38,952 bases of DNA, taken from the sequence record SRR20825019_867. The stretch is one strand, 5' to 3'. Of the stretch, positions 10,358 through 20,234 are shown one piece after another (position 1 is the first letter of the stretch; every line of letters starts with the position of its first letter). Below the pieces are notes generated by a model, which worked only from the letters and a program-made list of their open reading frames with translations, had not been told where the DNA came from and did not search any database. The position numbers were made by a program, and so were the translations under genes.

Positions 10358-11246
10358 TAAGTCAAAGAAATTTGATGAGGATAGTAATTCTTCTGCCGAT
10401 CTTATTACTAAAATAGCAGGTGCTACTTCAAGGTTACAAGGAGAAACTATAGTAATAAAAATATCAGAGAATGTTATTGAATCTCAAGAATTGCTAGAGA
10501 GTTTTGCAAATAATGTGAAAACTTTATCATCATCTGGTGCTAACATAATTATTATTCATGAATATATGGGACTAATTGATAAATTGTTATTAGAAATAGG
10601 TGTTAAAAAAATTCATAAAAATGTAACCCATTATGGATCATTTGAATTAATTGAAATGATTGTATCTGGTATTATTAATAAAAGAATAGTTTCTGCATTA
10701 TGCAAAGCACAAAATAACGCTATAGGAATTTCTGGAAGGGATGCTAATCTTATACATGCTAAAAAGAAAGAAATTATAGCAAAAGATAATAAAACTAAAA
10801 ATAATATTCTTGGATTAAATATGATGGGTGAGCCTATACTTGTTAATCCAGAAATAATTATAAATTTCGAAGAATCTGGTTTAATACCTGTTATATCTCC
10901 TGTTGCAAGCTCAGAAACATCCGCTCCATACTTAGTGGATTCAGATTTAGCTTCTTCTTTGTTAGCTTCTTCCGTTTCTGCTAAGTATTTAGTTTTATTT
11001 TCTAAAGATGGTCAAATTACTCAAGAAGGGAAAAAAATTGATATTTTTGAAAATAACAACCTAAATAAATTACCTTCTTCTTTTAAAAATACGAATTTAC
11101 ATTCAGAAATTTTATCAGCTTGTAAAACAGCTTATGAAAATAATATTGAAGAAATTATTATTGCTGATTCTAATGTTAAGGATGCATTAATTTTGAGTCT
11201 TTTTCTTAAGCAAAACTGTACAACAATATATAATTCTTCATATTAA
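10311..11246 (+). CDS. argB: Acetylglutamate kinase-like protein with degenerate catalytic motifs
   Basis: TIVIK, GIINKRIV, GISGRDANLI, IPVISPV, and position after engB; glycine-rich loops are lost. Confidence 0.75.
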   Translation: MEPKKFNLVLENLPGSKSKKFDEDSNSSADLITKIAGATSRLQGETIVIKISENVIESQELLESFANNVKTLSSSGANIIIIHEYMGLIDKLLLEIGVKKIHKNVTHYGSFELIEMIVSGIINKRIVSALCKAQNNAIGISGRDANLIHAKKKEIIAKDNKTKNNILGLNMMGEPILVNPEIIINFEESGLIPVISPVASSETSAPYLVDSDLASSLLASSVSAKYLVLFSKDGQITQEGKKIDIFENNNLNKLPSSFKNTNLHSEILSACKTAYENNIEEIIIADSNVKDALILSLFLKQNCTTIYNSSY

Positions 11247-11319
11247 TATTAATACTTATCATAATAGCTAATCATTATTTGTTTACTATTTTCTTCTTAT
11301 AAATTAGACCTAATAACCG

Positions 11320-11754
11320 TTATGGCTTTAATATAACTACTATTACGGATATAATCATTAATATAGTAGGTATTTCATTTATAATTTTATAAAATCTTGC
11401 TGTTTTTTTATTCTTTCTGTAATAGAAATCCCAATATATCTTAGCATAATATGCGTGTAAAAAAATCAACAATATTATTGCAGAGGATTTTATATGGAAC
11501 CATACTCCTAAAAACTCTACTCCATAAGTAAGGCTGCAAATAATTCCAAAAATATAGGATAAAATCATTGCTGGAGTTGTTATGAATCTAATTAATCTTC
11601 TTTCCATAGTTAAGAATATATCATAAGTATTATTTTTAATATCTATAGAACAATGATAAACATATAGTCTTGGAAGGTAGAGCATACCTGCCATCCATGA
11701 AATCACAGCTATTACATGAATTGCTTTTATCAAGTCATAATATTCATCAAACAT
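11320..11754 (-). CDS. hemJ: Protoporphyrinogen oxidase HemJ
   Basis: KAIHVIAVISWMAGMLYLPRLYVYH, MERRL, NEIPT..VILKP. Confidence 0.95.
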   Translation of the reverse strand: MFDEYYDLIKAIHVIAVISWMAGMLYLPRLYVYHCSIDIKNNTYDIFLTMERRLIRFITTPAMILSYIFGIICSLTYGVEFLGVWFHIKSSAIILLIFLHAYYAKIYWDFYYRKNKKTARFYKIINEIPTILMIISVIVVILKP

Positions 11755-11809
11755 AATTATTAACTTATTTTATCTTTTTTAAGTATAACTATAATTTAAT
11801 ATAATTAAA

Positions 11810-12868
11810 TTATATATTTTTTTGATTATTATTTATATTTTTATTATAGCAAGGGCATAATTTAAAATTACTGCTACATATTTTACTATAATTTTTACTT
11901 ATTAAGCTATTATTTTTAATATTTAATTTAATCATTTCTGATAGAGATTCTATGTATAACTGTTGAGTTCCTAGAGTTTTGATTCTTACATATTTTCTTT
12001 TATATTTTTCAGCTATTAATTTATATTCTATATCTAATTCTACTAAAGTTTCTGAATGCTCTGAAACGAATGATATAGGAATTATAATCAAATCTTTTTT
12101 TTCTTTGCTTGCTTTTTCTATTTCATCTTCTGTTGATGGACCTATCCATTTCATTCTTCCTACTTTACTTTGATATGTAAGAAGGGTATCTAGATTATAT
12201 TCATAAAAAGCTTCTTTAATTTTTTTATAACATTCTTCTATCTGCATCTGGTAAGGATCTCCTTTTTTAATTATTATTTCTGGTAGACTATGAGCTGAAA
12301 ATAATAATCTATAATTACTTAAATCTCCTAATTTTGTAATTTCTTCCTTTATTATTTTAACATGAGATTTTATAAATTTTTTATCATCATAATAACAACA
12401 TATATGAGTTAAATTTATATTTTTATGCTTTTTTAGTAAGTTATTTATTTTCTCTATTGCTTTACCTGATGTTACATATGAAAATTGAGGATATAATGGA
12501 AGTGAAATAACATTTTTATAGCCTTTTGATATAATTTTATTAACTACATCTTTTAAGTATGGGTTTGAGCATTGCATAGCAGTAAATACTTTAATATTAT
12601 ATTTCCCATCTTTATTAACATGCTTTTCTAATTTCTCTGTTTGTTTTATTGTTTCTTCTAAGATAGGAGATTTACCCCCAAGATAATCATAAATTTCTGT
12701 AGCTGTTTTTTTCCTCATTCTTGCTATAAATTTTGCTAATATCCATCTAAAGGGATTAGGTAATAGTAAAACGTCATAAAAAAGATTAAAAAGAAAATCG
12801 CCAATTTCTTCTTTTTTATTCGGACCTCCCAAATTATATAATATTACTGCTATTTTTTTATCTTCCAT
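11810..12868 (-). CDS. hemH: Ferrochelatase
   Basis: NLGGP, PLYPQFS, LFSAHSLP, YQSKVG, FVSEHSETLVELD. Confidence 0.97.
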   Translation of the reverse strand: MEDKKIAVILYNLGGPNKKEEIGDFLFNLFYDVLLLPNPFRWILAKFIARMRKKTATEIYDYLGGKSPILEETIKQTEKLEKHVNKDGKYNIKVFTAMQCSNPYLKDVVNKIISKGYKNVISLPLYPQFSYVTSGKAIEKINNLLKKHKNINLTHICCYYDDKKFIKSHVKIIKEEITKLGDLSNYRLLFSAHSLPEIIIKKGDPYQMQIEECYKKIKEAFYEYNLDTLLTYQSKVGRMKWIGPSTEDEIEKASKEKKDLIIIPISFVSEHSETLVELDIEYKLIAEKYKRKYVRIKTLGTQQLYIESLSEMIKLNIKNNSLISKNYSKICSSNFKLCPCYNKNINNNQKNI

Positions 12869-13877
12869 AATTTTTTACATAATCTACTAATATTTGAACT
12901 TTTTCTATGCTAGTTTCTGGAAAAATTCCATGCCCTAAATTGAATATAAAAGACCCGTTTTGCATTGCATTAATTATTTTACTTGCTGACTCTATTATAT
13001 CTTCTTTTGATCCCATTAAAACTGATGGATCTAGGTTCCCTTGCACAGCAACTTTGTCCTGAAATTTTTTCATTTCTTTTATATTTACTGTATAATCCAC
13101 TCCTATTACATCTATTTTAGTTTCACTTATATAGTCTTCATATAAATATCCAGATCCTTTAGGAAATCCTATAATTTTTACTTCTGGAAATTCTTTTTTT
13201 ATTTCATTAACAATTTTTTTATTAGGTTTTATAACATATTTATAATAATTATCACAAGAAAGTGTTGATGCCCAAGATTCAAATATCTGAACTATATCTG
13301 CTCCATTTTTAATTTGATTTTTTAAATGTTTAATAGTTTCGTTTGTAAGAATATCTATTAATATATCTACAAGCTCTCTATTTTGATATATTAGACATCT
13401 TGGAGTTTTATTATCTCCTTTTCTTTTATTTTCTAGTAAGTATGTAGCTACTGTCCAAGGTCCTCCTGCAAAACCTATTAGAGTTTTATTCTTTTTTAGT
13501 AATTTTCTAACTTTACTTATAGATTCATATACTTTTGATATTTTACCATTATCTAGTTTTAATTTTTTTATTTCTTCTATTTGATTTATTATTTTTACTT
13601 GAGGGCCTATATCTTTTACAAATTTTATGTCCATCCCCATACAAAAAGGTAATACTAATATATCTGAAAATATAATTGCAGCATCAAGATCAAATCTATT
13701 TAAAGGCTGCATAGTAATTTCAGAAGATAGGGTTGGATTTAGACAAACTTTTAAAAAATCTTTATTTTGAATTCTTATATTTCTATATTCAGGTAAATAT
13801 CTTCCTGCTTGTCTCATTATCCAAATTGGGATATTTTTATTATTTCCGTATTTAATTGTATTTATTAGATCTGTCAT
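12858..13877 (-). CDS. hemE: Uroporphyrinogen decarboxylase (start reassigned to ATG at 13877)
   Basis: PIWIMRQAGRYLPEY, DAAIIFSDIL, QGNLDP, FNLGHG. Confidence 0.97.
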   Translation of the reverse strand: MTDLINTIKYGNNKNIPIWIMRQAGRYLPEYRNIRIQNKDFLKVCLNPTLSSEITMQPLNRFDLDAAIIFSDILVLPFCMGMDIKFVKDIGPQVKIINQIEEIKKLKLDNGKISKVYESISKVRKLLKKNKTLIGFAGGPWTVATYLLENKRKGDNKTPRCLIYQNRELVDILIDILTNETIKHLKNQIKNGADIVQIFESWASTLSCDNYYKYVIKPNKKIVNEIKKEFPEVKIIGFPKGSGYLYEDYISETKIDVIGVDYTVNIKEMKKFQDKVAVQGNLDPSVLMGSKEDIIESASKIINAMQNGSFIFNLGHGIFPETSIEKVQILVDYVKNYGR

Positions 13878-14130
13878 ATTAGAAATATCAATATAATAAT
13901 ATATAGTTAAGGTAGTTATTGTAGTAGTAGTGTTTATATTGTGTATAAATAATATTATACACATAGTTATCAACATAATATTATGTTAAAGAAGATACTA
14001 ATATAAGCTATCAATATAATCAATAGGAAGTTATAAATACAATCAATAATTAATGTGTATAAGTATGAGTATAAAAAATAGGAAAAAGGTGATAAAAAGA
14101 ATTAACAAAATTATCCACAGATAATCTAAC
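13878..14130. other. Probable chromosomal replication origin (oriC)
   Basis: Intergenic region between divergent hemE and the COG1806 gene, the established oriC location in Caulobacter and Rickettsia. DnaA boxes: TTATCCACA 14111-14119, TTATACACA 13955-13963, TGTGTATAA 13940-13948 and 14054-14062, near-match TTATCAACA 13967-13975. Confidence 0.88.
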
Positions 14131-14946
14131 ATGGTTATAAATGATTCAGTAATTAGTATACATCTAGTATCTGACTATACAGGTCAAACTGTAAAGGCAG
14201 TTTCAAGAGCAGTAAAACATAGATTTAAAGGTAAAAGATTTAAAGAATATGGATGGGTTATGATTAATAGCATAGAAGCTCTTAACAAAATTAAAGAAGA
14301 GATAAAAAAAACTAGAGGAATAGTAATATATACTATATCTGATAAAAAACTTAGAAATGAACTTAAAGAATTTTGTTTTAAAATAAATATAGCCTGTATT
14401 TCTGCTATTAGTCACGTAACTAGAAAATTTGCGGCTTATATAGGGGATACTATGCAAGAATGGGAGGATTATTCTAGCAAATTTGATGAAGATTATTTTG
14501 ATAAGGTCGAAGCAATAGAATTTAGCTTAAAGCATGATGATGGACAAAATGAAGAAACTATTAAAGATGCAGATATACTTATATTAGGGCCATCTAGAAC
14601 TTCTAAAACACCAACTTCTGTATATTTGGCGTATAGTGGGTATAAAACTGCAAATATTCCTTATATAAGAGGTGTAGGAATAAAAAAGGAATTTTTGGAT
14701 AAAAAAATATTTACTGTTGGATTAATTATAGAGCCTAGTAGGCTAGTTCAAATAAGAAATAATAGAGCAAAATATCTTAATATTTCAAATATTGATTATA
14801 CAGATATAGAAAATGTAAAACAGGAATATATAGAGGCAAAAAGACAATTTTTGGATAATAAAATTCCAATAATAGATGTCTCTAAACTTTCAATAGAAGA
14901 AGTATCTGCAAGTATTATATCTATGTATTTAAGATCAAAAATATAA
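14131..14946 (+). CDS. Pyruvate,phosphate/pyruvate,water dikinase regulatory protein (COG1806/DUF299)
   Basis: HLVSDYTGQT, AIEFSLKHDDG, GPSRTSKTPTSVYLA, SIEE. Confidence 0.93.
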   Translation: MVINDSVISIHLVSDYTGQTVKAVSRAVKHRFKGKRFKEYGWVMINSIEALNKIKEEIKKTRGIVIYTISDKKLRNELKEFCFKINIACISAISHVTRKFAAYIGDTMQEWEDYSSKFDEDYFDKVEAIEFSLKHDDGQNEETIKDADILILGPSRTSKTPTSVYLAYSGYKTANIPYIRGVGIKKEFLDKKIFTVGLIIEPSRLVQIRNNRAKYLNISNIDYTDIENVKQEYIEAKRQFLDNKIPIIDVSKLSIEEVSASIISMYLRSKI

Positions 14947-14954
14947 AGGATAAG

Positions 14955-15558
14955 TCTTTAATTATAAGTATTCAGGTGGAATTTGTTCAGGTATAACTAA
15001 AGCTTTAAAATTTTTTCAAAATAAAAAATATGAAATTTATTCAGCAGATATAGAAATCAAGAAATTATATCAAAATAACATAGTTAGAAATAAAGTTATG
15101 TCATTATTAGGGATAAAACATGATTTTGACAAAAATGAAATTGCTAGATTAATCTATAAAAATAGTAATTTAAGAGATAAACTAGAAAAAATATATTCAT
15201 CCTTTGGTAAGAAAAAGATTTTTGAAAAAAATAAATGACGTACGTCAAAATCATGGTATATTATTTTCAGAAATTCCGCTTTTATATAAAACTGGTGCTT
15301 ATAAATTATGTGATATAAAAATTTTTATGGATTGTAATCAAAATATTAGAATATATTAGAATAGAAAGGATTCTAAAAAATAAAAGTTATGATTTAGAAA
15401 CCATAAATAACATAATTAAAGTAGAAGAAGAAGAAATAAAATTAGCAAGTAAAGCAGATTTTATTATTGATTCTAGTAAAAATATAGAGTACTTTTTAAG
15501 ACAACTTGTAAATTTAGAAGAAAAAATATTATATGAGAGAAATAGTATTAGATACTGA
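14955..15558 (+). pseudogene. coaE: Dephospho-CoA kinase pseudogene (at least three frameshifts; 5' end approximate)
   Basis: Pieces in alternating frames: LIISI/SGGICSGIT..SAD, KLEK/YIHPLV..EIPLLY..CD, RIERI..ADFIID..*. It sits directly before dnaQ, the usual coaE position. Confidence 0.88.
15344..15363 (+). repeat. 10-bp tandem duplication TATTAGAATA x2 that frameshifts coaE
   Basis: Directly visible; removing one copy restores NIRIERIL in frame. Confidence 0.9.
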
Positions 15559-16210
15559 AACTACCGGATTAGATCCTGCATTTGGACACAGAATAGTTGA
15601 AATAGGAGCTGTTGAAATAGTTAATAAGGTTATAACAGGAGGTAAATTTCATACATATGTAAATCCAGAAAGAGATATGCCACAAGAAGCATTTAGAATT
15701 CATGGAATATCTCAAAGTTTCTTAAAAGATAAGCCCTTATTTAAAGATGTAGAAAAAGAATTTATAGAATTTATAGGTGATAGTAAACTTGTAATTCATA
15801 ATGCAGCATTTGATATGAAATTTTTAAATTATGAGTTATCTCTTATTAAAAAAGCATCTTTAGATATGAATAGAGCTATAGATACATTAGCTATTGCAAG
15901 AAAAATGTTTCCAGGTGCAAGAGTTAATCTTGATGCATTATGTAAAAGATATAAGGTAGATAATTCTTCTAGAAAATATCATGGAGCTCTTAAAGATGCT
16001 AAGTTGCTTGCAGAAGTATATGTTGAAATGAGTGGGGGCCGGCAAACAAAATTTAATTTCAAGGAAGAGCAGAATGGCAAGAAAGAAGTAGAATATAAGT
16101 CTAATGATGGACATACAATTACAACTAAGATAGTTTATCCAACAGAAGAAGAAATAAAAGCTCACAAAGAACTTTTACAAAAGATAGTAAATCCATTATG
16201 GAAAAGCTAA
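15533..16210 (+). CDS. dnaQ: DNA polymerase III epsilon subunit
   Basis: LDTETTG, HNAAFD, HGALKDA, GGRQ. Confidence 0.97.
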   Translation: MREIVLDTETTGLDPAFGHRIVEIGAVEIVNKVITGGKFHTYVNPERDMPQEAFRIHGISQSFLKDKPLFKDVEKEFIEFIGDSKLVIHNAAFDMKFLNYELSLIKKASLDMNRAIDTLAIARKMFPGARVNLDALCKRYKVDNSSRKYHGALKDAKLLAEVYVEMSGGRQTKFNFKEEQNGKKEVEYKSNDGHTITTKIVYPTEEEIKAHKELLQKIVNPLWKS

Positions 16211-16219
16211 AAAGAGATC

Positions 16220-16248
16220 TTGATATTTGTTAATTATTTCTCTAGTAT
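16220..16248 (+). promoter_or_regulatory. Putative sigma70 promoter for rplY-pth-ychF
   Basis: TTGATA-17 nt-TAGTAT; weak evidence in AT-rich DNA. Confidence 0.45.
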
Positions 16249-16275
16249 TGCCCCAAATTAAAGAATTTTAAGGTT

Positions 16276-16890
16276 ATGAGTAAGTCTTTTATTAAATTAA
16301 ATGGAGAACTAAGAAGTATTATGGGCACAGGTCCTTCGCGTTCACTTAGAAGAGAGGGTAAAATACCTGCTATTATATATGGCAGTGGTAAACAAAATAT
16401 GCAAATAAGTGTTCAAGAAAAAGAAATAACTAAGCTTTATAAGCAAGGAGGTATTAGTACAAAAATTCTTGATATAGAAATAGATGGAAAAAGTCATAAG
16501 GTGCTTACTAAAAAGGTAGATATTCATCCTGTTAAAGAAATTGCAAACCATGTAGATTTTGTATATTTAGAAAGTAAAAATCAGAAAGTTTCTGTTCCTA
16601 TTGAGTATAAAAACAAAGAAAATGCTCTAGGTGTAAAACGTGGAGGCTTTTTTAATATAGTAAAAAGAAAAATTTTATTATTATGTCCAGTAGATGCAAT
16701 TCCTGGTAAAGTTTCTATTGATGTAAGTAAAATGCGTGTTGGTCAATCAATAAAAGCATCTGATTTGTTTCTTGAAGGAAAAATATCTTTAGTTGATAAG
16801 GGAAACACAATTATTGCATCTATTACAGGTAGAGGTAAAGATCAAGAGGAAACATCTCAGGAAGCTAATCAAGAAGAAGATTCTAAATAA
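16276..16890 (+). CDS. rplY: 50S ribosomal protein L25/Ctc
   Basis: SRSLRREGKIPAIIYG, HPV..HVDF, GVKRGG. Confidence 0.96.
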   Translation: MSKSFIKLNGELRSIMGTGPSRSLRREGKIPAIIYGSGKQNMQISVQEKEITKLYKQGGISTKILDIEIDGKSHKVLTKKVDIHPVKEIANHVDFVYLESKNQKVSVPIEYKNKENALGVKRGGFFNIVKRKILLLCPVDAIPGKVSIDVSKMRVGQSIKASDLFLEGKISLVDKGNTIIASITGRGKDQEETSQEANQEEDSK

Positions 16891-16892
16891 CA

Positions 16893-17459
16893 ATGTTTTT
16901 AATATCCGGTCTTGGAAATCCGGGTGAAGAATATTCTAATACAAGGCATAATGCTGGCTTTATTATTATTGATTATTTAGCTCAAAAACTAGGTCTCACA
17001 TTTACAAATAGTAGCAAATTTAATGCAGAGTTGTTAAAATTTGATTATAAAGGAGATAAAATAGTTTTTGCAAAACCACTAACATATATGAATAATTCAG
17101 GTATAGCTTTAGGAAGTATTGCAAGATATTACAGAATAGATTTGGATTCTATTATTGTAGTTCATGATGAGCTAGATCTGAAATTTGGGGAAGTTAGATT
17201 TAAAATAGGAGGAAGTAGTGCAGGTCATAATGGTATTAAGTCAATAGATAGTCATATAGGGAAGGATTATAGTAGAGTAAGAGTAGGTATTAAAGAGGAA
17301 GATAGAGATAATGCCAAATCTTTTGTTCTTTCTCGTTTTAGTAAAGATAAAATTGATAATTTAGAAGAAAATATAGCAGCAAAATTGCTTAAAAATTTTT
17401 CTTTATTATTAAGTTCTGATTTGGTAAATTTAAATAAAATATTTAAAGGAATAAATTAA
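16893..17459 (+). CDS. pth: Peptidyl-tRNA hydrolase
   Basis: GLGNPG..TRHNAGF, KPLTYMNNSG, HDELD, GHNGIKSI. Confidence 0.97.
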   Translation: MFLISGLGNPGEEYSNTRHNAGFIIIDYLAQKLGLTFTNSSKFNAELLKFDYKGDKIVFAKPLTYMNNSGIALGSIARYYRIDLDSIIVVHDELDLKFGEVRFKIGGSSAGHNGIKSIDSHIGKDYSRVRVGIKEEDRDNAKSFVLSRFSKDKIDNLEENIAAKLLKNFSLLLSSDLVNLNKIFKGIN

Positions 17460-17484
17460 TAAAATAAAGCTTAGATATTAGATT

Positions 17485-18570
17485 ATGGGAATAAAATGTG
17501 GAATAGTTGGGCTTCCTAATGTAGGTAAATCAACATTATTTAATGCACTTACTAGTTCAAACATAGCGCAAGCAGAGAATTATCCTTTTTGTACTATTGA
17601 ACCAAATATAGCAAATGTTGAAGTTCCTGATGAAAGATTAAATAAGTTAGGAAATATGGCAAGTTCAGCTAAAATTATACATGCAACTATAGAATTTGTA
17701 GATATAGCAGGTCTGGTTAAGGGAGCTAGTAAAGGTGAAGGGCTTGGTAATAAATTTTTAGGAAATATAAGGGAAGTTGATGCAATTATTCATGTTGTTA
17801 GGTGCTTTGAGAGTAAATCTATTAGCCATGTTTATGGGAATATAGAGCCAGTAAGAGATATTGAGATAATTGAAACTGAATTAATGCTTGCAGATATAGA
17901 ATCTTTAGAAAAGAGAATAACTACTGTTGAGAAAAAGGCAAAAACTAAAGATGAAGAAGCGATGCAAGAATTCTCACTGATGAAAGAAGCTTTAAAGATT
18001 TTGCATGATGGAAAACTTTTATATAATTCAAAAGATAAAGATAAATTTCAAAAGCTACAATTAATTACTTCTAAACCTACTTTATATGTTTGTAATGTTT
18101 CTGAAGAGGATATTAATAAAGAGGGTAATTATGTAAAAGAGGTGAATGATAGAGCAAAGTTATATGGTGCAAATATTGTTAAGTTATGTTCAAAAATAGA
18201 ACAAGAAATTTCTAACCTAGAAGATGCAGAAAAAAATGAGTATATGGAGGCATTAGAATTAACAGAACCAGGATTAAACAAGGTTATAAGAGGAAGTTAT
18301 AATTTACTTGGTCTTAGCAGTTTTTTTACTATCGGTCCTAAGGAAGCAAGGGCTTGGACATATAAAAAAGGATCTTTAGCTCCGGCATGTGCTCGAGTAA
18401 TACACACAGATTTTGAAAAAGGTTTTATAAAGGCAGAGATTGCATCTTATAGCGATTATATAAAATATAATGGAGAAGTTGGAACTAAGAATGCTGGTAA
18501 ATTAAGAATAGAAGGTAAAGATTATATTGTGGAGGATGGAGATGTTATTCATTTTAGATTTAATGTTTAA
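17485..18570 (+). CDS. ychF: Redox-regulated ATPase YchF
   Basis: GLPNVGKSTLFNALT, NYPFCTIEPN, DIAGLVKGASKGEGLGN, FRFNV. Confidence 0.98.
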   Translation: MGIKCGIVGLPNVGKSTLFNALTSSNIAQAENYPFCTIEPNIANVEVPDERLNKLGNMASSAKIIHATIEFVDIAGLVKGASKGEGLGNKFLGNIREVDAIIHVVRCFESKSISHVYGNIEPVRDIEIIETELMLADIESLEKRITTVEKKAKTKDEEAMQEFSLMKEALKILHDGKLLYNSKDKDKFQKLQLITSKPTLYVCNVSEEDINKEGNYVKEVNDRAKLYGANIVKLCSKIEQEISNLEDAEKNEYMEALELTEPGLNKVIRGSYNLLGLSSFFTIGPKEARAWTYKKGSLAPACARVIHTDFEKGFIKAEIASYSDYIKYNGEVGTKNAGKLRIEGKDYIVEDGDVIHFRFNV

Positions 18571-18582
18571 AAAAGTGAACTC

Positions 18583-19803
18583 ATGAAAATAATAGCAACA
18601 GTACCTCAATGGTTATTATTGCTCATGTTTACTGTTCCTTTTATGACTGAAACTATTTGTAGTTCAGCAATGCCTGCTTATTCAGCTGTTACTTTAGCTC
18701 CTAGTATAATTGTTCAAAAAGCATCTGGATTTTATTTTCTTGGTTTTGCAATAGGGATTTTATCTTTAGGCAGAATATCAGATATAGTAGGAAGAAGGCC
18801 AGTTATGCTTTTTGGAATGCTTTTATATAGTATTTCTAGTTTGTTATGTTCTTTAATATCTAATATTTATATTGTTTTATTTTTAAGATTTATTCAAGCA
18901 TTTGGCGCAAGTGTTACTTCTGTTGTTACTCATGCTATGACTAGGGAGTCATATAAAGATCAAGAGCTTGCATATATATATATTAATGCAGGATTTTGTT
19001 TTGCCGTTAGTCCGTCAATAGGCTCTTTTTTAGGAGGATTTTTAGCTGAATATTTGGGTTATGAATATAATTTTATATTTCTATGTATTTTTGGTGCCTG
19101 TATATTTATAACTTGTTATTTATTATTAGAGGAAACAAACCCTTATTTAGGTGAAACTTTACAAACGAGTTATTTATCAGTTTTAAAAGTGATATTAAGA
19201 GATAGAGTAGTTCTTTTATATGCAGTTATTGTAGGCTCTCATATGGGGATTATGTTTAGTTTTTTTATGAAAGGGCCTTTTATATTTAAAAAAATAATAC
19301 CTATATCAACCTTAATTTATGGGTTAATGATGTTTGCTGTAACTATTTTTAATATTATAGGTAATGTGTTAAATAGGCATTTAATTAAGAATTATGTGCC
19401 TAGTAATAAAATATTTCTTTTAGGATTAAGTACGAGTTTTATTGGTATAATGTTATTTATGATAAATTCTAGCAATATAAATATAGGAGTTAGTTATAAA
19501 TATTTACCTTTGTTAGTATTTTTTATACCTTTAATATTACATATGATGTCATATAATATGGTAACTTCCCATATACTCAGATTTGCACTTGAAGATTATG
19601 GTAAAGTTTCTGGAACTGCTGGTGCGATTTTTGGAAGTACATATTATATTTTTGCAGCTTTTATAAGCTATATAGTATCTAGGTTAACTCCTGATGATAT
19701 AAATGCTTTTTCTTTAATGATTTTTTGTTTTAGTGCTTTGAGTTTATTTTCTGCTTTTTTAATATTCCTAATGGAAAGGGATAAGTACAGTGTTGAAAAT
19801 TAA
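18583..19803 (+). CDS. Bcr/CflA-like (DHA1) MFS transporter
   Basis: About 12 hydrophobic segments, motif A GRISDIVGRRPV, RFIQAFG. Confidence 0.88.
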   Translation: MKIIATVPQWLLLLMFTVPFMTETICSSAMPAYSAVTLAPSIIVQKASGFYFLGFAIGILSLGRISDIVGRRPVMLFGMLLYSISSLLCSLISNIYIVLFLRFIQAFGASVTSVVTHAMTRESYKDQELAYIYINAGFCFAVSPSIGSFLGGFLAEYLGYEYNFIFLCIFGACIFITCYLLLEETNPYLGETLQTSYLSVLKVILRDRVVLLYAVIVGSHMGIMFSFFMKGPFIFKKIIPISTLIYGLMMFAVTIFNIIGNVLNRHLIKNYVPSNKIFLLGLSTSFIGIMLFMINSSNINIGVSYKYLPLLVFFIPLILHMMSYNMVTSHILRFALEDYGKVSGTAGAIFGSTYYIFAAFISYIVSRLTPDDINAFSLMIFCFSALSLFSAFLIFLMERDKYSVEN

Positions 19804-20139
19804 TTATTTTTCGAGCTTCTTTTATATATAGGATTTAAATAGATAAAGTGCTAAATTGCAACAAAAAAACAGAAAATATAAATTTATTTAAGTATTTTTT
19901 AGTTTTTTTACTCCTTTTATACTACTTGTTTATTAAGTTATATAAATAATAATACATATAAGTATAAATAAAATAATCAGTATTTAATAGCTGTATTTGT
20001 AGAAATGTTGCGTAGCGTAATATATCATAAACATATGTTGCTACTTAATGGTTGGACATAAAAAATAGTTAATGTATTTAATTAAATCTTATAAAACTTT
20101 TTTATAACTAATTAGGAAATAATTAGAGCTAATTTGTGC

Positions 20140-20207
20140 CTAGGTAATTTTTACTTAAGAAAATTATCATGAACTTAGCTGATTAGCTTCATTATATTTG
20201 TTATTAA
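20140..20207 (+). promoter_or_regulatory. Upstream element with imperfect palindrome TAGGTAA-TTT-TTACTTA (copy 1)
   Basis: Homologous copy at 36915-36986 upstream of the paralogous gene. Confidence 0.65.
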
Positions 20208-20234
20208 AGAGTTTTTTAAAATATTTTAATTTAT

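Noticed and set aside
13878-13976. 33-aa N-terminal extension of HemE
   Set aside because: Low-complexity translation across DnaA boxes; better explained as oriC.
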